Positions 9,666 through 19,599 are shown, counted from the stretch's first letter. The stretch is DNA of 43,087 nt from an uncultured Candidatus Saccharibacteria bacterium (GCA_964446365.1 CAYUOI010000001.1:1-43087), one strand, 5' to 3'. Made by a program: numbers and translations. Notes: generated by a model from the sequence alone, not told the origin.

Positions 9666-12600
9666 ATGGCAACACAGACTAAAACTCAAAAAATCAGTCC
9701 CAAAGATTATGTACACCTGCATAACCATAGTCAGTACAGCCTACTGGATGGTTTGACTAAGGTGCCTGATCTTATGGATCAAGTTATTGACCTGGGCATG
9801 CAAAGCGTGGCTATCACGGATCACGGTACGTTATCTGGTTTGATTGAATTTTACAAAGAAGCTAAGGCTAAGGATGTTAGACCGGTATTGGGTATGGAAA
9901 CTTACGTCGCTGCTCGCGGTCACGCCGATAAGGATCCGGCTAAAGATAAAAACAATTTCCACCTCATTCTTTTAGCAATGAACAATACCGGTTACCAAAA
10001 TCTGATGAGACTAAGCACGATAGCTAATCTTGAAGGATTCTATTACCGGCCGCGGATAGACCACGAGCTGCTGGAAAAATATAACGAAGGTTTAATCGTG
10101 TTAAGCGGCTGTATCGGCGGCGAAGTAGGTGACGCCTTGCGCCAGGGACAGTACGAAGCTGCCAAAAAAACTGCAGCTTGGTATAAAAAAATATTCGGCG
10201 ATCGCTATTATCTGGAAGTCCAGGACCACGGACACCCCGAGCATACTACTGTTTGGGCAGAGCAAAGCCGGGTAAATGAACAAATATTTAAACTTGGCAA
10301 AGAACTGTCTATTCCCTGCGTACTAACGTGCGACGCTCACTACTTAAAGCACGCGGACCAGGATGCCCATGAAATTCTACTCTGCGTTCAAACCGGCTCT
10401 TTTTTAAGCGATGAAAAACGGATGAGCCTAAAGGAAATGGAACTGCACCTTACCGATCCCAAAGAAATTATAAAGCGTTGGAGCAAAACGCATCCTGAGG
10501 TTATAACAAACAGCCGGCTAATAGCTGAACGCTGCAACGTTGAAATTGAACTGGGTCGAATACTGATTCCAAAATTTCCAGTTCCGCGCGGCCAATCCGA
10601 GAGATCATACCTGGAATTGTTAACTTATCAGGGCTTAGCGTGGCGATATGGTGGAACTAGTGAAAGTAAATCAAAAACTATGGACAAGGACGCTGCCAAG
10701 AAAATTCTGCCGGATCATGTCCGCGAACGAGCCGAATATGAACTTGGAGTCATTGAGCAAATGGGTTTTTGCGGATATTTCCTTATCATTGCCGACTTCA
10801 TCAACTGGGGCAAAGACAAGGGCATAGTTTTTGGACCGGGCCGCGGCTCTGCGGCCGGCTCGATTATATCCTTTGCCTTAAAAATTACTGAGCTAGACCC
10901 GCTGGCTTATGATTTGCTTTTCGAGCGTTTCTTAAACCCTGATCGTATATCGATGCCAGACATTGATATTGATATTCAAGATACTCGGCGGAACGAAGTT
11001 ATCCAGTACTGCGTTGAAAAATATGGTACGGAGAGGGTTGCTAATATTGTTACATTTGGCCGTATGGCCGCCCGTAACGCCGTGCGCGATGTAGCACGGG
11101 TTTTGCAGGTACCTTACGCCGATGCCGACCGCCTGGCTAAAATGCTGCCGCAGCCGGTTCAGGGCAGGCATATACCTTTATCACAGTCGCTTCAGTCTGA
11201 TAACGACCTTAAAAAAGAATATCGTAATAATGAAACCTCCAAGAAAGTGTTTGATTTAGCCGTACAACTAGAGGGAACAATTCGTAGCCACGGAGTTCAT
11301 GCCGCCGGCGTTGTGATTGCACCGGACGAGATCGTTAAGTTCGCTCCTTTAGAAATGGCCCAAAAGGGAGTCATTGCAACTCAGTACTCAATGGGCCCGA
11401 TCGAAGAAGTCGGATTGCTCAAGATGGATTTTCTGGGCTTATCAAACCTTACTATTATTAAAAACGCCCTGCGCATTATTAAGCGCGTCTACGCAAAAGA
11501 TATCCAAATTGAAGATATACCACTTGACGACGTCAGCACTTACGAACTCTTCCAGCGCGGTGACACAACCGGCGTATTCCAATTTGAATCTTCCGGTATG
11601 AAGCGTTACTTAAAACAGCTCAAGCCTACCCAGTTTGAGGATTTAATAGCAATGAACGCGCTTTATCGTCCAGGTCCAATGCAATGGATTGACGACTTTA
11701 TTGCCCGTAAAAACGGTCAGCGCCGCATTGAATATCTGCATGACGTCATGCGCCCGGCGCTCGAGCAAACCTACGGGATTATGGTTTATCAGGAACAAGT
11801 CATGCAGATCGCCAAAGATATGTGTGGCTTCAGCGGCGGCCAGGCCGACACACTACGCAAAGCCGTCGGCAAGAAGAAACGTGATGTCATGGCTAAAATG
11901 AAACAGGATTTTATTAATGGAGCTATGCAAACTTCCGGCGTTAAACAAGCCGTAGTCGAGAAATTATGGACTGAAATTGAAAAATTTGCCGACTATGCTT
12001 TTCCTAAAGCCCACGCTTCGTGCTATGCCACAGTTGCTTACTGGACGGCTTACTTAAAAGCTAACTATCCCGACGCTTTTATGGCGGCTCTTATGACAAG
12101 CGACTTTGACAGTACAGACCGCCTGGCGATTGAGATCAATGAATGCAAGCATATGGGCATTGAAGTATTGCCGCCAGACGTAAACGAATCTTTTGTGGAA
12201 TTCGCGGTAGTACCTGGCAAAAAGCAGATACGTTTTGGCATGAACGCTATTAAAAATGTCGGAACAGGAGCGGTAGAAGAAATACTGCGTGCCCGCGAGC
12301 AGGACAATGGTTTCACCGGACTGGAAGACTTTTTCGGTAAAGTAAATGTGCGGATTGTAAATCGCAAAGCCCTCGAAAGCCTTATTAAATCCGGCGCTTT
12401 TGACCGGTTCTCGCCGCGAGCCATCCTAATACAAAACATTGATGTGCTTTTAGCATTCGCTAATCGACTGCAAAAAGCGAAGATCGAAGGCCAGACAGAT
12501 TTGTTTGGGGAGGATTCACCAAAAATTTTACATGCCAAACTGACTCTTGGCGAAGCCGCTGATTTGAATCCAGCCGAACAGCTTCGTTGGGAACGAGAGC

Positions 12601-13286
12601 TACTGGGTATTTACCTGTCTAATCATCCGCTTGATAAATTCGAGCTTATCTTATCTGAAAAAACTTTGCCGCTTAATCAACTGAGCGCAGAACATGAGGG
12701 TAAGCGGGCGACTGTCGGCGGCGCAGTGACTGATATTCGTGAAATTGTTACTAAAAACGGTCAGAAAATGGCTTTTGTAAAAATTGAAGATAAATTCGGC
12801 GAAATCGAACTGGTGCTTTTCCCGTCAGTATATGTACCTGAAATCTGGCAGCGCGACGCCATTATAATTGCCAAGGGCAAGGTGTCTACCCGCGATCGTA
12901 ACGGCAGCGAGTCCAGCGAAGTTAAGGTTATGGTAAACGAGGCTCGTCAGCTGGAGTACAGCGAAGCCGACAATTATAAATCTACCGGTAAAAAAGTGAA
13001 CCCGCCGAAAGGGCCCGGTGCCAAAACCGCGTCAAACTCAGCGCCAGCCGCATCGACTTTACCGCAACGTATTTATCTACGATTACCAAGCGGCGAGGAT
13101 CAGGAACTATTATTATCGCTCAAGCGGACTATCGATGGCTATCAGGGCGACACCGAAGTTGTATTGGTGCTAGGCGCCGATACCAGTAAGCAAATTATTA
13201 AGTTACCAATGCGAATGAGCAAAGAGTCTACGGTGCTACGAGAATTGGAAACGCTATTAGGTGCGCCGAACGTTAAGTTGCATTAG
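9666..13286 (+). CDS. dnaE: DNA polymerase III alpha subunit
   Basis: 1206 aa with an N-terminal PHP domain (HLHNHSQYSLLDG) and polymerase core motifs (GPGRGSAAGS, MPDIDIDI). An OB fold and a C-terminal domain are present. Confidence 0.97.
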   Translation: MATQTKTQKISPKDYVHLHNHSQYSLLDGLTKVPDLMDQVIDLGMQSVAITDHGTLSGLIEFYKEAKAKDVRPVLGMETYVAARGHADKDPAKDKNNFHLILLAMNNTGYQNLMRLSTIANLEGFYYRPRIDHELLEKYNEGLIVLSGCIGGEVGDALRQGQYEAAKKTAAWYKKIFGDRYYLEVQDHGHPEHTTVWAEQSRVNEQIFKLGKELSIPCVLTCDAHYLKHADQDAHEILLCVQTGSFLSDEKRMSLKEMELHLTDPKEIIKRWSKTHPEVITNSRLIAERCNVEIELGRILIPKFPVPRGQSERSYLELLTYQGLAWRYGGTSESKSKTMDKDAAKKILPDHVRERAEYELGVIEQMGFCGYFLIIADFINWGKDKGIVFGPGRGSAAGSIISFALKITELDPLAYDLLFERFLNPDRISMPDIDIDIQDTRRNEVIQYCVEKYGTERVANIVTFGRMAARNAVRDVARVLQVPYADADRLAKMLPQPVQGRHIPLSQSLQSDNDLKKEYRNNETSKKVFDLAVQLEGTIRSHGVHAAGVVIAPDEIVKFAPLEMAQKGVIATQYSMGPIEEVGLLKMDFLGLSNLTIIKNALRIIKRVYAKDIQIEDIPLDDVSTYELFQRGDTTGVFQFESSGMKRYLKQLKPTQFEDLIAMNALYRPGPMQWIDDFIARKNGQRRIEYLHDVMRPALEQTYGIMVYQEQVMQIAKDMCGFSGGQADTLRKAVGKKKRDVMAKMKQDFINGAMQTSGVKQAVVEKLWTEIEKFADYAFPKAHASCYATVAYWTAYLKANYPDAFMAALMTSDFDSTDRLAIEINECKHMGIEVLPPDVNESFVEFAVVPGKKQIRFGMNAIKNVGTGAVEEILRAREQDNGFTGLEDFFGKVNVRIVNRKALESLIKSGAFDRFSPRAILIQNIDVLLAFANRLQKAKIEGQTDLFGEDSPKILHAKLTLGEAADLNPAEQLRWERELLGIYLSNHPLDKFELILSEKTLPLNQLSAEHEGKRATVGGAVTDIREIVTKNGQKMAFVKIEDKFGEIELVLFPSVYVPEIWQRDAIIIAKGKVSTRDRNGSESSEVKVMVNEARQLEYSEADNYKSTGKKVNPPKGPGAKTASNSAPAASTLPQRIYLRLPSGEDQELLLSLKRTIDGYQGDTEVVLVLGADTSKQIIKLPMRMSKESTVLRELETLLGAPNVKLH

Positions 13287-14200
13287 CGGATGACGCCGCC
13301 GGCTTGGAGCAGCATGACACAAAGCCCCAGAAAGCCGACAACGGTAAGATCAAATAGTGGATGCTGAAGGGCGAAGCGCTCGCCTTTGAACCAGTAGCGT
13401 CGTAAAGCCAGACTATGCTTAATCAGCAATACGGCCAGGCCCATCAGAGCGCAAATGGCAATTACTAAATTGATGCCTGGCAAACGGCCGCCTGATAATA
13501 ATTGCGAAACGGCAACGGTGCGTGATGCCGGCTCAGTGTTATTTGTGGCGGCTCCAAGTGTATGGACGTTATTTACAAATGTGCCGCTGAGTGGAATGCC
13601 CGGTACATCAGTAGCGGAAAGCGAAATACGAGGCGTGCCGTATTCCGCTACGATAATGGTTTCAGGACCTTTACCCTGGTAGTCAGCCACGTTTGCATAG
13701 CCGAAACCGACATCCTGGAAGCTACTGTCTAATAAATTATCGCGGTGCGACGGACTATTCATCCAGCCGGTGACCGCATCGCTACCTGTTGTAAAGCCGT
13801 AAGCCAGATTCTCGCCGGCTTTCTGATAGGTATAACCGGCCGCGTCAAAGAATGCCCACGGCTGATTGCCTTCGGGCGTGTTATGTGACCAGTAATTGCG
13901 CGACGCCATGTCATTAGCTTTAGCTTGGGCCGCAGCCGTTAATTTATCGTTTAAGCGCAGGCCGGCAACATGATTAGTAATACGCTGCTGGTTCGTGGCG
14001 TCTAGCAGTCCCTGTGAAGAAAGGTTGGTGGCATATGAAAGTACATTGCGCCCGACTTTGTGCAGGCCCAGGCTCAGCACCAGCATACCGGTAACAATTA
14101 AAGCCAATGGCATATAAGGCCAATAAGTTTTTAGAAAGTGGGCTGTCTGCTTTTGGTGTTGGCCGTATCGTTTTTTGTGTGTTTGGCTTTTGCGCGCCAT
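13283..14200 (-). CDS. CAP/SCP (YkwD-like) domain protein with N- and C-terminal TM segments
   Basis: 305 aa with CAP motifs NYWSHNTPEG, GENLAYGF and GWMNSPSHRDNLL. Hydrophobic helices occur near both termini. Confidence 0.8.
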   Translation of the reverse strand: MARKSQTHKKRYGQHQKQTAHFLKTYWPYMPLALIVTGMLVLSLGLHKVGRNVLSYATNLSSQGLLDATNQQRITNHVAGLRLNDKLTAAAQAKANDMASRNYWSHNTPEGNQPWAFFDAAGYTYQKAGENLAYGFTTGSDAVTGWMNSPSHRDNLLDSSFQDVGFGYANVADYQGKGPETIIVAEYGTPRISLSATDVPGIPLSGTFVNNVHTLGAATNNTEPASRTVAVSQLLSGGRLPGINLVIAICALMGLAVLLIKHSLALRRYWFKGERFALQHPLFDLTVVGFLGLCVMLLQAGGVIR

Positions 14201-14223
14201 GATACTGCCATTATTTTAGCAAA

Positions 14224-14724
14224 TTAAGACATAAAGCGTAAGTGGTATAAAGCCATGGCCGCGGCTTGGGCCACATTAAATGATTCTTTGCTGCCCAGCA
14301 TTGGTATTTCAAGTATGCTATCAGCCATATCTAGAATGACTGGCTCAATGCCTTCCACTTCACGGCCGACAATTAAAGCGACTCTGACAGGCGGCTTAAT
14401 ATCGGCAAACGTGACGGCATCGGCATCCTGTTCAAGCGCGACTATTCTGTAATCCATAATTTTCAAAGCCAGTAACAGGCAACCAATACTATCGATTTGT
14501 TGCCATTTTTGAGTATCTTCGGCGCCCAGCGCAGCCTTATGAATTTGTCGGTGTTGTTTTTGGGCAAGATGCGGTAGGCGTTTGTCGCCGGCTTTGTGCG
14601 GGTAAGGTGTATAGCCGGTTAGAAACAAGCGTTCCAGCCCCAGACCGTCAGCCGTGCGCAAAAGCGAACCGACATTATGGCTGCTACGCAAATTGTGCGC
14701 GATCAGTACCAGCTGCCGGTTCAT
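14224..14724 (-). CDS. SpoU/TrmH-family RNA 2'-O-methyltransferase
   Basis: 166 aa with NVGSLLRTADGLG and the C-terminal ESFNVAQAAAMALY knot motif. A GGGGA Shine-Dalgarno lies 8 nt upstream. Confidence 0.85.
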   Translation of the reverse strand: MNRQLVLIAHNLRSSHNVGSLLRTADGLGLERLFLTGYTPYPHKAGDKRLPHLAQKQHRQIHKAALGAEDTQKWQQIDSIGCLLLALKIMDYRIVALEQDADAVTFADIKPPVRVALIVGREVEGIEPVILDMADSILEIPMLGSKESFNVAQAAAMALYHLRFMS

Positions 14725-14756
14725 TAATCATTCCCCTTGTGTTTAAATAGTGGCAT

Positions 14757-16358
14757 ATGTCACAAGATGCGCGACTCGATGAAGAGCAGGCTACGCAGCG
14801 CCGCGCGTTAATCCTTGGCCTGACTTATTTTGACACATCGTCCTTAGGCGATAAACCAATCTATAAAGATCTTTTACCGGTTGCCGAGATGTACAAACTA
14901 CGCGTGATTCCGCTAACCGCTGATAAAAGTAATATTTTATTTGGCATCACCAACACGACGTCTCAAGCAACCATGAGCAGACTGCGGCAGCAATTTCTGG
15001 ATCAGCGCATAGTTTACGCTTTGATTTCTGAAACCGGCTACCACGACTATATGAAGCTATACGACCCGCCGAAGCAGGTGACATACCAGGATATAAGCGT
15101 AGCGTCGTTTAAAGCCAGTGACGGCTTTGAAAATGTCTCAGCTACGTTGGCGCAGGTCAGGGCGGATGACCTTTTGGCCTATCTTGTTAAGCAGGCCTAT
15201 CAGCTAAAGGCTTCGGATATTCATCTCGAATGCCAGGAGCACATGGTTAGAGTCAGATTGCGTGTTGATGGCGTCTTGCACCCAATTGCTCAGCTTACGC
15301 ATGAAAAATATCGGCAGCTTCAGTCATCGGTGGCTATAGCGGCTAACGTTTCTACAGGCGCGCCGGAACCGCAGACCGGACACATCAACAAGGATTACAA
15401 CTTAGCTACCGGCGAAAAAGTTAACGTAAACCTACGTGTTGAAACCGTTCCAGCGGCATTCGGTCAAGACATTGTTATGCGCCTTTTTACGCTACGTATG
15501 GAGCTATTGAAGCTGGATAATCTTGGCTTGAATAAGGCCGAACGGGAAGTAGTTGATGACGTTATAAAACACCCTACCGGCATGGTTTTGGTGGTCGGTC
15601 CAACCGGATCCGGCAAAACCACCACTATGTACTCACTCATAAATACGTTGAATAGCCCGGAACGCAAGATAGTAACGCTAGAAGATCCGATTGAATACTA
15701 CATGCCCGGTGTCGTCCAGGTTCCAGTGCACGGCGATGAAGACAAAACCGGTTTTGCCGATAAATTGAGGGCAGTTTTACGGCTGGATCCTGATGTAGTA
15801 ATGATTGGCGAAATTCGCGACGAAGATACCGCCCGGACGGCCTTGCAATCGGCACTGACCGGCCACCTTGTCATGAGCACCTTCCATGCCTACTCGGCGG
15901 CAGCAGCATTAACGCGTATGCTTGACGCCGTTGGTATAAATCCGTTGTTCGCTTCTGCCATGCACTTAATTATGGCGCAGCGTTTAGTGCGTAGATTGGA
16001 TGACGCCACCAAACAGGCCTACCAGCCCGACGACGCTCTCATAAAACAGTTGCAACCAATAATTGACAGTTTGCCCAAGAGTGTCGAAAAACCGGACTTA
16101 AAGAAAGTAACTTTATATCGATCCGGCCAGTCGGCCGAAAACCCGTTTGGTTATCGCGGACAGATGTCGCTGCGAGAACAACTTCGCATGACTCCGGGTG
16201 TGCAGCAGATATTACGACTGCCGCCTAACCAGGTAACCACCGAGTTGATTCAGCAAAAAGCCGTCGAAGACGGTATGTTAACAATGCTTCAAGACGGACT
16301 ATTAAAGGCCATAGCCGGCTTAACATCTCTCGAAGAGATTTACCGTGTAGTCGGCTAG
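14757..16358 (+). CDS. pilB: GspE/PilB-family secretion or type IV pilus assembly ATPase
   Basis: 533 aa with an N-terminal T2SSE_N-like domain, Walker A GPTGSGKTTT, VMIGEIRD and the His box TGHLVMSTFH. PilB cannot be separated from GspE by sequence alone. Confidence 0.88.
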   Translation: MSQDARLDEEQATQRRALILGLTYFDTSSLGDKPIYKDLLPVAEMYKLRVIPLTADKSNILFGITNTTSQATMSRLRQQFLDQRIVYALISETGYHDYMKLYDPPKQVTYQDISVASFKASDGFENVSATLAQVRADDLLAYLVKQAYQLKASDIHLECQEHMVRVRLRVDGVLHPIAQLTHEKYRQLQSSVAIAANVSTGAPEPQTGHINKDYNLATGEKVNVNLRVETVPAAFGQDIVMRLFTLRMELLKLDNLGLNKAEREVVDDVIKHPTGMVLVVGPTGSGKTTTMYSLINTLNSPERKIVTLEDPIEYYMPGVVQVPVHGDEDKTGFADKLRAVLRLDPDVVMIGEIRDEDTARTALQSALTGHLVMSTFHAYSAAAALTRMLDAVGINPLFASAMHLIMAQRLVRRLDDATKQAYQPDDALIKQLQPIIDSLPKSVEKPDLKKVTLYRSGQSAENPFGYRGQMSLREQLRMTPGVQQILRLPPNQVTTELIQQKAVEDGMLTMLQDGLLKAIAGLTSLEEIYRVVG

Positions 16359-16394
16359 CAACTACCTTAGCTATGTAGTATGGTATAAACCATT

Positions 16395-16850
16395 ATGGTC
16401 CGATCAGCAGGTAGAGGTTTTGCTCACAGCAATCCATCAGCAGTCTACGAAGTAGAAGTGACCCCCACAAGAGAGGTTAGGGAACGCGGACAGGCCGAGT
16501 TCAGAGAACAGTTGTTCGGCACGCCGCCTGAAGCCAGCCTATCAGTCGCAGCTACTCCTATAGAGCCCTATGTAGAGAACCCTAAAGCCAACTGGCGGCA
16601 GCGTGGTGCATGTCGGGTTCCGGGCGGGCTACTGGACATTTTCTTTTCGCCAAGCGGCAGGGAATATGACGATGAGAGGCTGGCGCGAGAATCGACAGCT
16701 AAGCAGATATGTGCCAGTTGTGTTGTTAGGGAGGAGTGCTTAGATGAAGCTCTGGCAACGCGCGAACCGCATGCCATTTTGGGTGGACTAACCTGGAACG
16801 AACGCAGAGACATACTCGGTATTAAACGCCGTGGCCGAAAATCAGCCTGA
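16395..16850 (+). CDS. WhiB-like (Wbl) [4Fe-4S] transcription factor with a ~65-aa N-terminal extension
   Basis: The C-terminal 85 aa align motif-for-motif with M. tuberculosis WhiB1 as recalled: WRQRGACR, DIFFSP, AKQICASCVVREECLDEAL, GGLTWNERR. It has four Cys with C-x32-C-x2-C-x5-C spacing and a basic tail, KRRGRK. An extended -10 (TGGTATAAA, 16381-16389) lies 5 nt upstream of the ATG. Confidence 0.85.
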   Translation: MVRSAGRGFAHSNPSAVYEVEVTPTREVRERGQAEFREQLFGTPPEASLSVAATPIEPYVENPKANWRQRGACRVPGGLLDIFFSPSGREYDDERLARESTAKQICASCVVREECLDEALATREPHAILGGLTWNERRDILGIKRRGRKSA

Positions 16851-16898
16851 TTTAAGTCACAAATCCGCAATTTAACTAAGCCGAATAACGTTGCTTTT

Positions 16899-18032
16899 CT
16901 AAACTATAACTTTAGCAATGGCCGGGACCAGGCGTTTTTCCAGAACGCTGGGAATAATGCAGTCGGACGTAGGCTTTTTAACAAGACCGGCGATGGCTTT
17001 AGCAGCGGCTATTTTGTGCTGGTCGGTTATTTTGCTTATGCGGTTATCCAGTGCCCCGCGGAAAACGCCCGGGAAGGCCAGGGCATTATTGATTTGGTTG
17101 GGAAAGTCGCTTCTTCCGGTTGCTACAATTGCCGCGCCTGCTTTCTTGGCGATATCCGGCATAATTTCCGGAACAGGGTTGGCCATGGCAAAAATTATCG
17201 GATCCTTATTCATAAGTTTTATGTGGTGTTCATTTAACAAATTGGCTTTAGATACACCAATGAAAATATCAGCGGCTTTGAGGGCTTCATCGGCACCGCC
17301 GCTTACATTTTGTTTGTTGGTAAATTTTAGCAACATCTTTTTATCCGCGTTCAAGTCCTGGCGGTCTTTGCTGATGATGCCTTTACTATCGATGACTAAA
17401 ATCTCAGGCTTGGCAAACTCATATATTAGCTTCATCACGGCCGTGCCGGCAGCGCCGGCGCCTACACAGACTATTCGGCAATCTGATAGTTTACGTTCGG
17501 TAACTTTCATAGCGTTTATCAGCCCGGCTAGGACAACGATAGCCGTGCCGTGCTGATCATCGTGCATAACCGGAATTTTCAGGGCAGCCTTGACGCGTTC
17601 TTCGACTTCAAAGCAGAGCGGGGCCGCAATATCTTCTAAATTAATACCTCCGAAGCTGGGGGCAATGGCTAACACGGCAGCCACAATTTCATCAGCGGTA
17701 TGTACATCCAATACTATCGGCACGGCGTCTATGCCGGCAAAGTGCTTAAAAAGCATGGCTTTACCTTCCATTACCGGCAGAGCGCCATAAGGTCCGATAT
17801 CACCCAAGCCTAGCACGGCTGAGCCGTCTGAAATAACCGCCACTGAATTATTAAGCCAGGTATACTCTCGCGCCTCATTGGGATGGTCAGCCACGTAGCT
17901 AGAGACGGCGCCTACTCCAGGCGTGTAATAAACGCTTAGCTTGTCTTTGCTATCCAGTTTGTCTTTAAGTTGAACGGCGATCTTGCCGCGCAGTTTTTTG
18001 TGACGCTTTAAAGCCTCTTTGGCGTAATCCAT
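16899..18032 (-). CDS. NAD(P)-dependent malic enzyme (short form)
   Basis: It carries GLGDIGPYGALPVMEGK and the Rossmann motif VCVGAGAAG. The longest ORF starts at 18065. I prefer the ATG at 18032 (MDYAKEALK...) because an extended -10, TGTTATAGT (18039-18047, minus strand), lies 6 nt upstream of it. Confidence 0.9.
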   Translation of the reverse strand: MDYAKEALKRHKKLRGKIAVQLKDKLDSKDKLSVYYTPGVGAVSSYVADHPNEAREYTWLNNSVAVISDGSAVLGLGDIGPYGALPVMEGKAMLFKHFAGIDAVPIVLDVHTADEIVAAVLAIAPSFGGINLEDIAAPLCFEVEERVKAALKIPVMHDDQHGTAIVVLAGLINAMKVTERKLSDCRIVCVGAGAAGTAVMKLIYEFAKPEILVIDSKGIISKDRQDLNADKKMLLKFTNKQNVSGGADEALKAADIFIGVSKANLLNEHHIKLMNKDPIIFAMANPVPEIMPDIAKKAGAAIVATGRSDFPNQINNALAFPGVFRGALDNRISKITDQHKIAAAKAIAGLVKKPTSDCIIPSVLEKRLVPAIAKVIV

Positions 18033-18097
18033 GCGTTTACTATAACAGATGGTAATTGGTTGCATAAAAGGCGAAGATACTGTAGTATCTATGGGTT

Positions 18098-18649
18098 ATG
18101 ACATCTGTTATCGCGGAGATCGAGCAAAGCTTTAAGAAAAAACAGGTCGTGGACGTAAAGTCTGGCGACACTGTCAAAGTGCACCAGAAAATCCGCGAAG
18201 GCAATAAAGAGCGCGTTCAGATTTTTGAAGGCCTGGTTATTAGAACTGACCGCAAAAGCTCACATACAAGCCGTATCACAGTGCGACGCATTGCCAGTGG
18301 GGTTGGTGTTGAAAAAAGCTTTTTGTTACACAGCCCATTGATTTTAAAAGTTGAAGTTACCAAGCGCAGCAAAGTGCGTCGCAACTATCTAACATACATG
18401 CGCGCCCGCACCGGTAAAGGCACCAGACTGGTTGGTACCGAATTTGATAAAGAAGCCGTGAACGCTATTCACGATGAAGCCGCCGAGGCCGAAGAGGAAA
18501 AGTTAAAAGAAGAAGTCGCCAAACAAGCCGAAGCCGAGGCCGAGAAAAAAGCCGAGGAAGACGCTAAACTCGAAGCCAAAGCCGACGCCGCGCTGGCCCA
18601 GCACCAAGAAGCCGCTGAAGAACCCAAGGCCGAAGAAAAGAAAGACTAA
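18098..18649 (+). CDS. rplS: 50S ribosomal protein L19 with a ~65-aa Ala/Glu/Lys-rich C-terminal extension
   Basis: The L19 core is present (GDTVKVHQKIREGNKERVQIFEGLVI ... RRNYLTYMR). The tail from about residue 118 is low-complexity EAEAEKKAEE-type sequence. Confidence 0.93.
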   Translation: MTSVIAEIEQSFKKKQVVDVKSGDTVKVHQKIREGNKERVQIFEGLVIRTDRKSSHTSRITVRRIASGVGVEKSFLLHSPLILKVEVTKRSKVRRNYLTYMRARTGKGTRLVGTEFDKEAVNAIHDEAAEAEEEKLKEEVAKQAEAEAEKKAEEDAKLEAKADAALAQHQEAAEEPKAEEKKD

Positions 18650-18672
18650 GCCGCCCAGCAGGACGGTTTTTT
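18649..18672 (+). terminator. weak hairpin plus T6 after rplS
   Basis: AGCCG (18649-18653) pairs with CGGTT (18664-18668) across a 10-nt loop, and T6 lies at 18667-18672. The stem is short and includes a G-U pair. Confidence 0.3.
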
Positions 18673-18688
18673 GTTAGTATGGGTAAGT

Positions 18689-19258
18689 ATGCTAGTTGGT
18701 ATAGATGAGGTTGGCAGGGGTTGCTGGGCGGGTCCGCTTTTAGTCGTTGCCGCGTATCAAAAAAGTGAAGCGGTCGCCAACCTGCGCGATTCCAAGCTGC
18801 TCAGTAAAAAACAGCGTACCAGCCTATACCAGCTACTTATTAATGATTATCGGTTCGGAGAAGGCTGGGTTCAGCCCGAGGAAATCGATCAGTTTGGATT
18901 AACCCAGGCAATGCGTCTGGGCGTTAGCCGAGCCTTAGTCGCCCTAGGAACGGATGCAAACGCTGAGATTATCATTGACGGCAATACTAATTATTGTCCG
19001 CAAGAATTTGTAAACGCCCGCTGCGAGATCAAGGCCGATAATCTTTACCCAATTGTCAGCGCCGCTAGCATATATGCCAAGGTTACGCGCGATACTTATA
19101 TGGCTGAAATAAGCCATAAATATCCTAATTATCAGTTTGAAAAACATGTTGGCTACGGCACGCAGCTACATCGCGATGCTCTCAAACTTTATGGCGTAAG
19201 TACGCTGCATCGTAAGAGTTACAGGCCAATTCGGGCATTTCTGGAAGGAGCAGCATGA
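18689..19258 (+). CDS. rnhB: ribonuclease HII
   Basis: The N-terminus GIDEVGRGCWAGPL and the catalytic D/E/D pattern are present. The ORF opens at TTG 18671, but ATG 18689 gives the canonical N-terminus. Confidence 0.9.
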   Translation: MLVGIDEVGRGCWAGPLLVVAAYQKSEAVANLRDSKLLSKKQRTSLYQLLINDYRFGEGWVQPEEIDQFGLTQAMRLGVSRALVALGTDANAEIIIDGNTNYCPQEFVNARCEIKADNLYPIVSAASIYAKVTRDTYMAEISHKYPNYQFEKHVGYGTQLHRDALKLYGVSTLHRKSYRPIRAFLEGAA

Positions 19259-19599
19259 CTACGGTTGCTTCCGGGCGCACGGCTGAAAAGGCCGCCGCTG
19301 AATATCTAAAAAAATTAGGCTACAAAATACTGCATCAAAACTGGCGCACCCGCTACTGCGAAATTGACCTGATAGCCCAAAAGCATAAAGACATACATTT
19401 CGTAGAGGTTAAATACCGGCTGCGCGATAGTCAGGGAAGCGGACTGGAGTATGTGACGCCAGCCAAATTGCGCCAAATGCAATTTGCTGCGGAACTATGG
19501 GTAAGCCAATATGATTGGTCTGGAGATTATTTCCTTAGCGCCCTAGAGGTTAGCGGAAGCGACTTCCAGGTCACCAATTTTTTGCCTGATGTTACTTAG
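19255..19599 (+). CDS. YraN-family (UPF0102) endonuclease-like protein
   Basis: 114 aa with GRTAEKAAAEYLKKLGYKILHQNWR ... CEIDLIA ... FVEVK. It overlaps rnhB by 4 nt, and rnhB-yraN is a common arrangement. Confidence 0.85.
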   Translation: MTTVASGRTAEKAAAEYLKKLGYKILHQNWRTRYCEIDLIAQKHKDIHFVEVKYRLRDSQGSGLEYVTPAKLRQMQFAAELWVSQYDWSGDYFLSALEVSGSDFQVTNFLPDVT

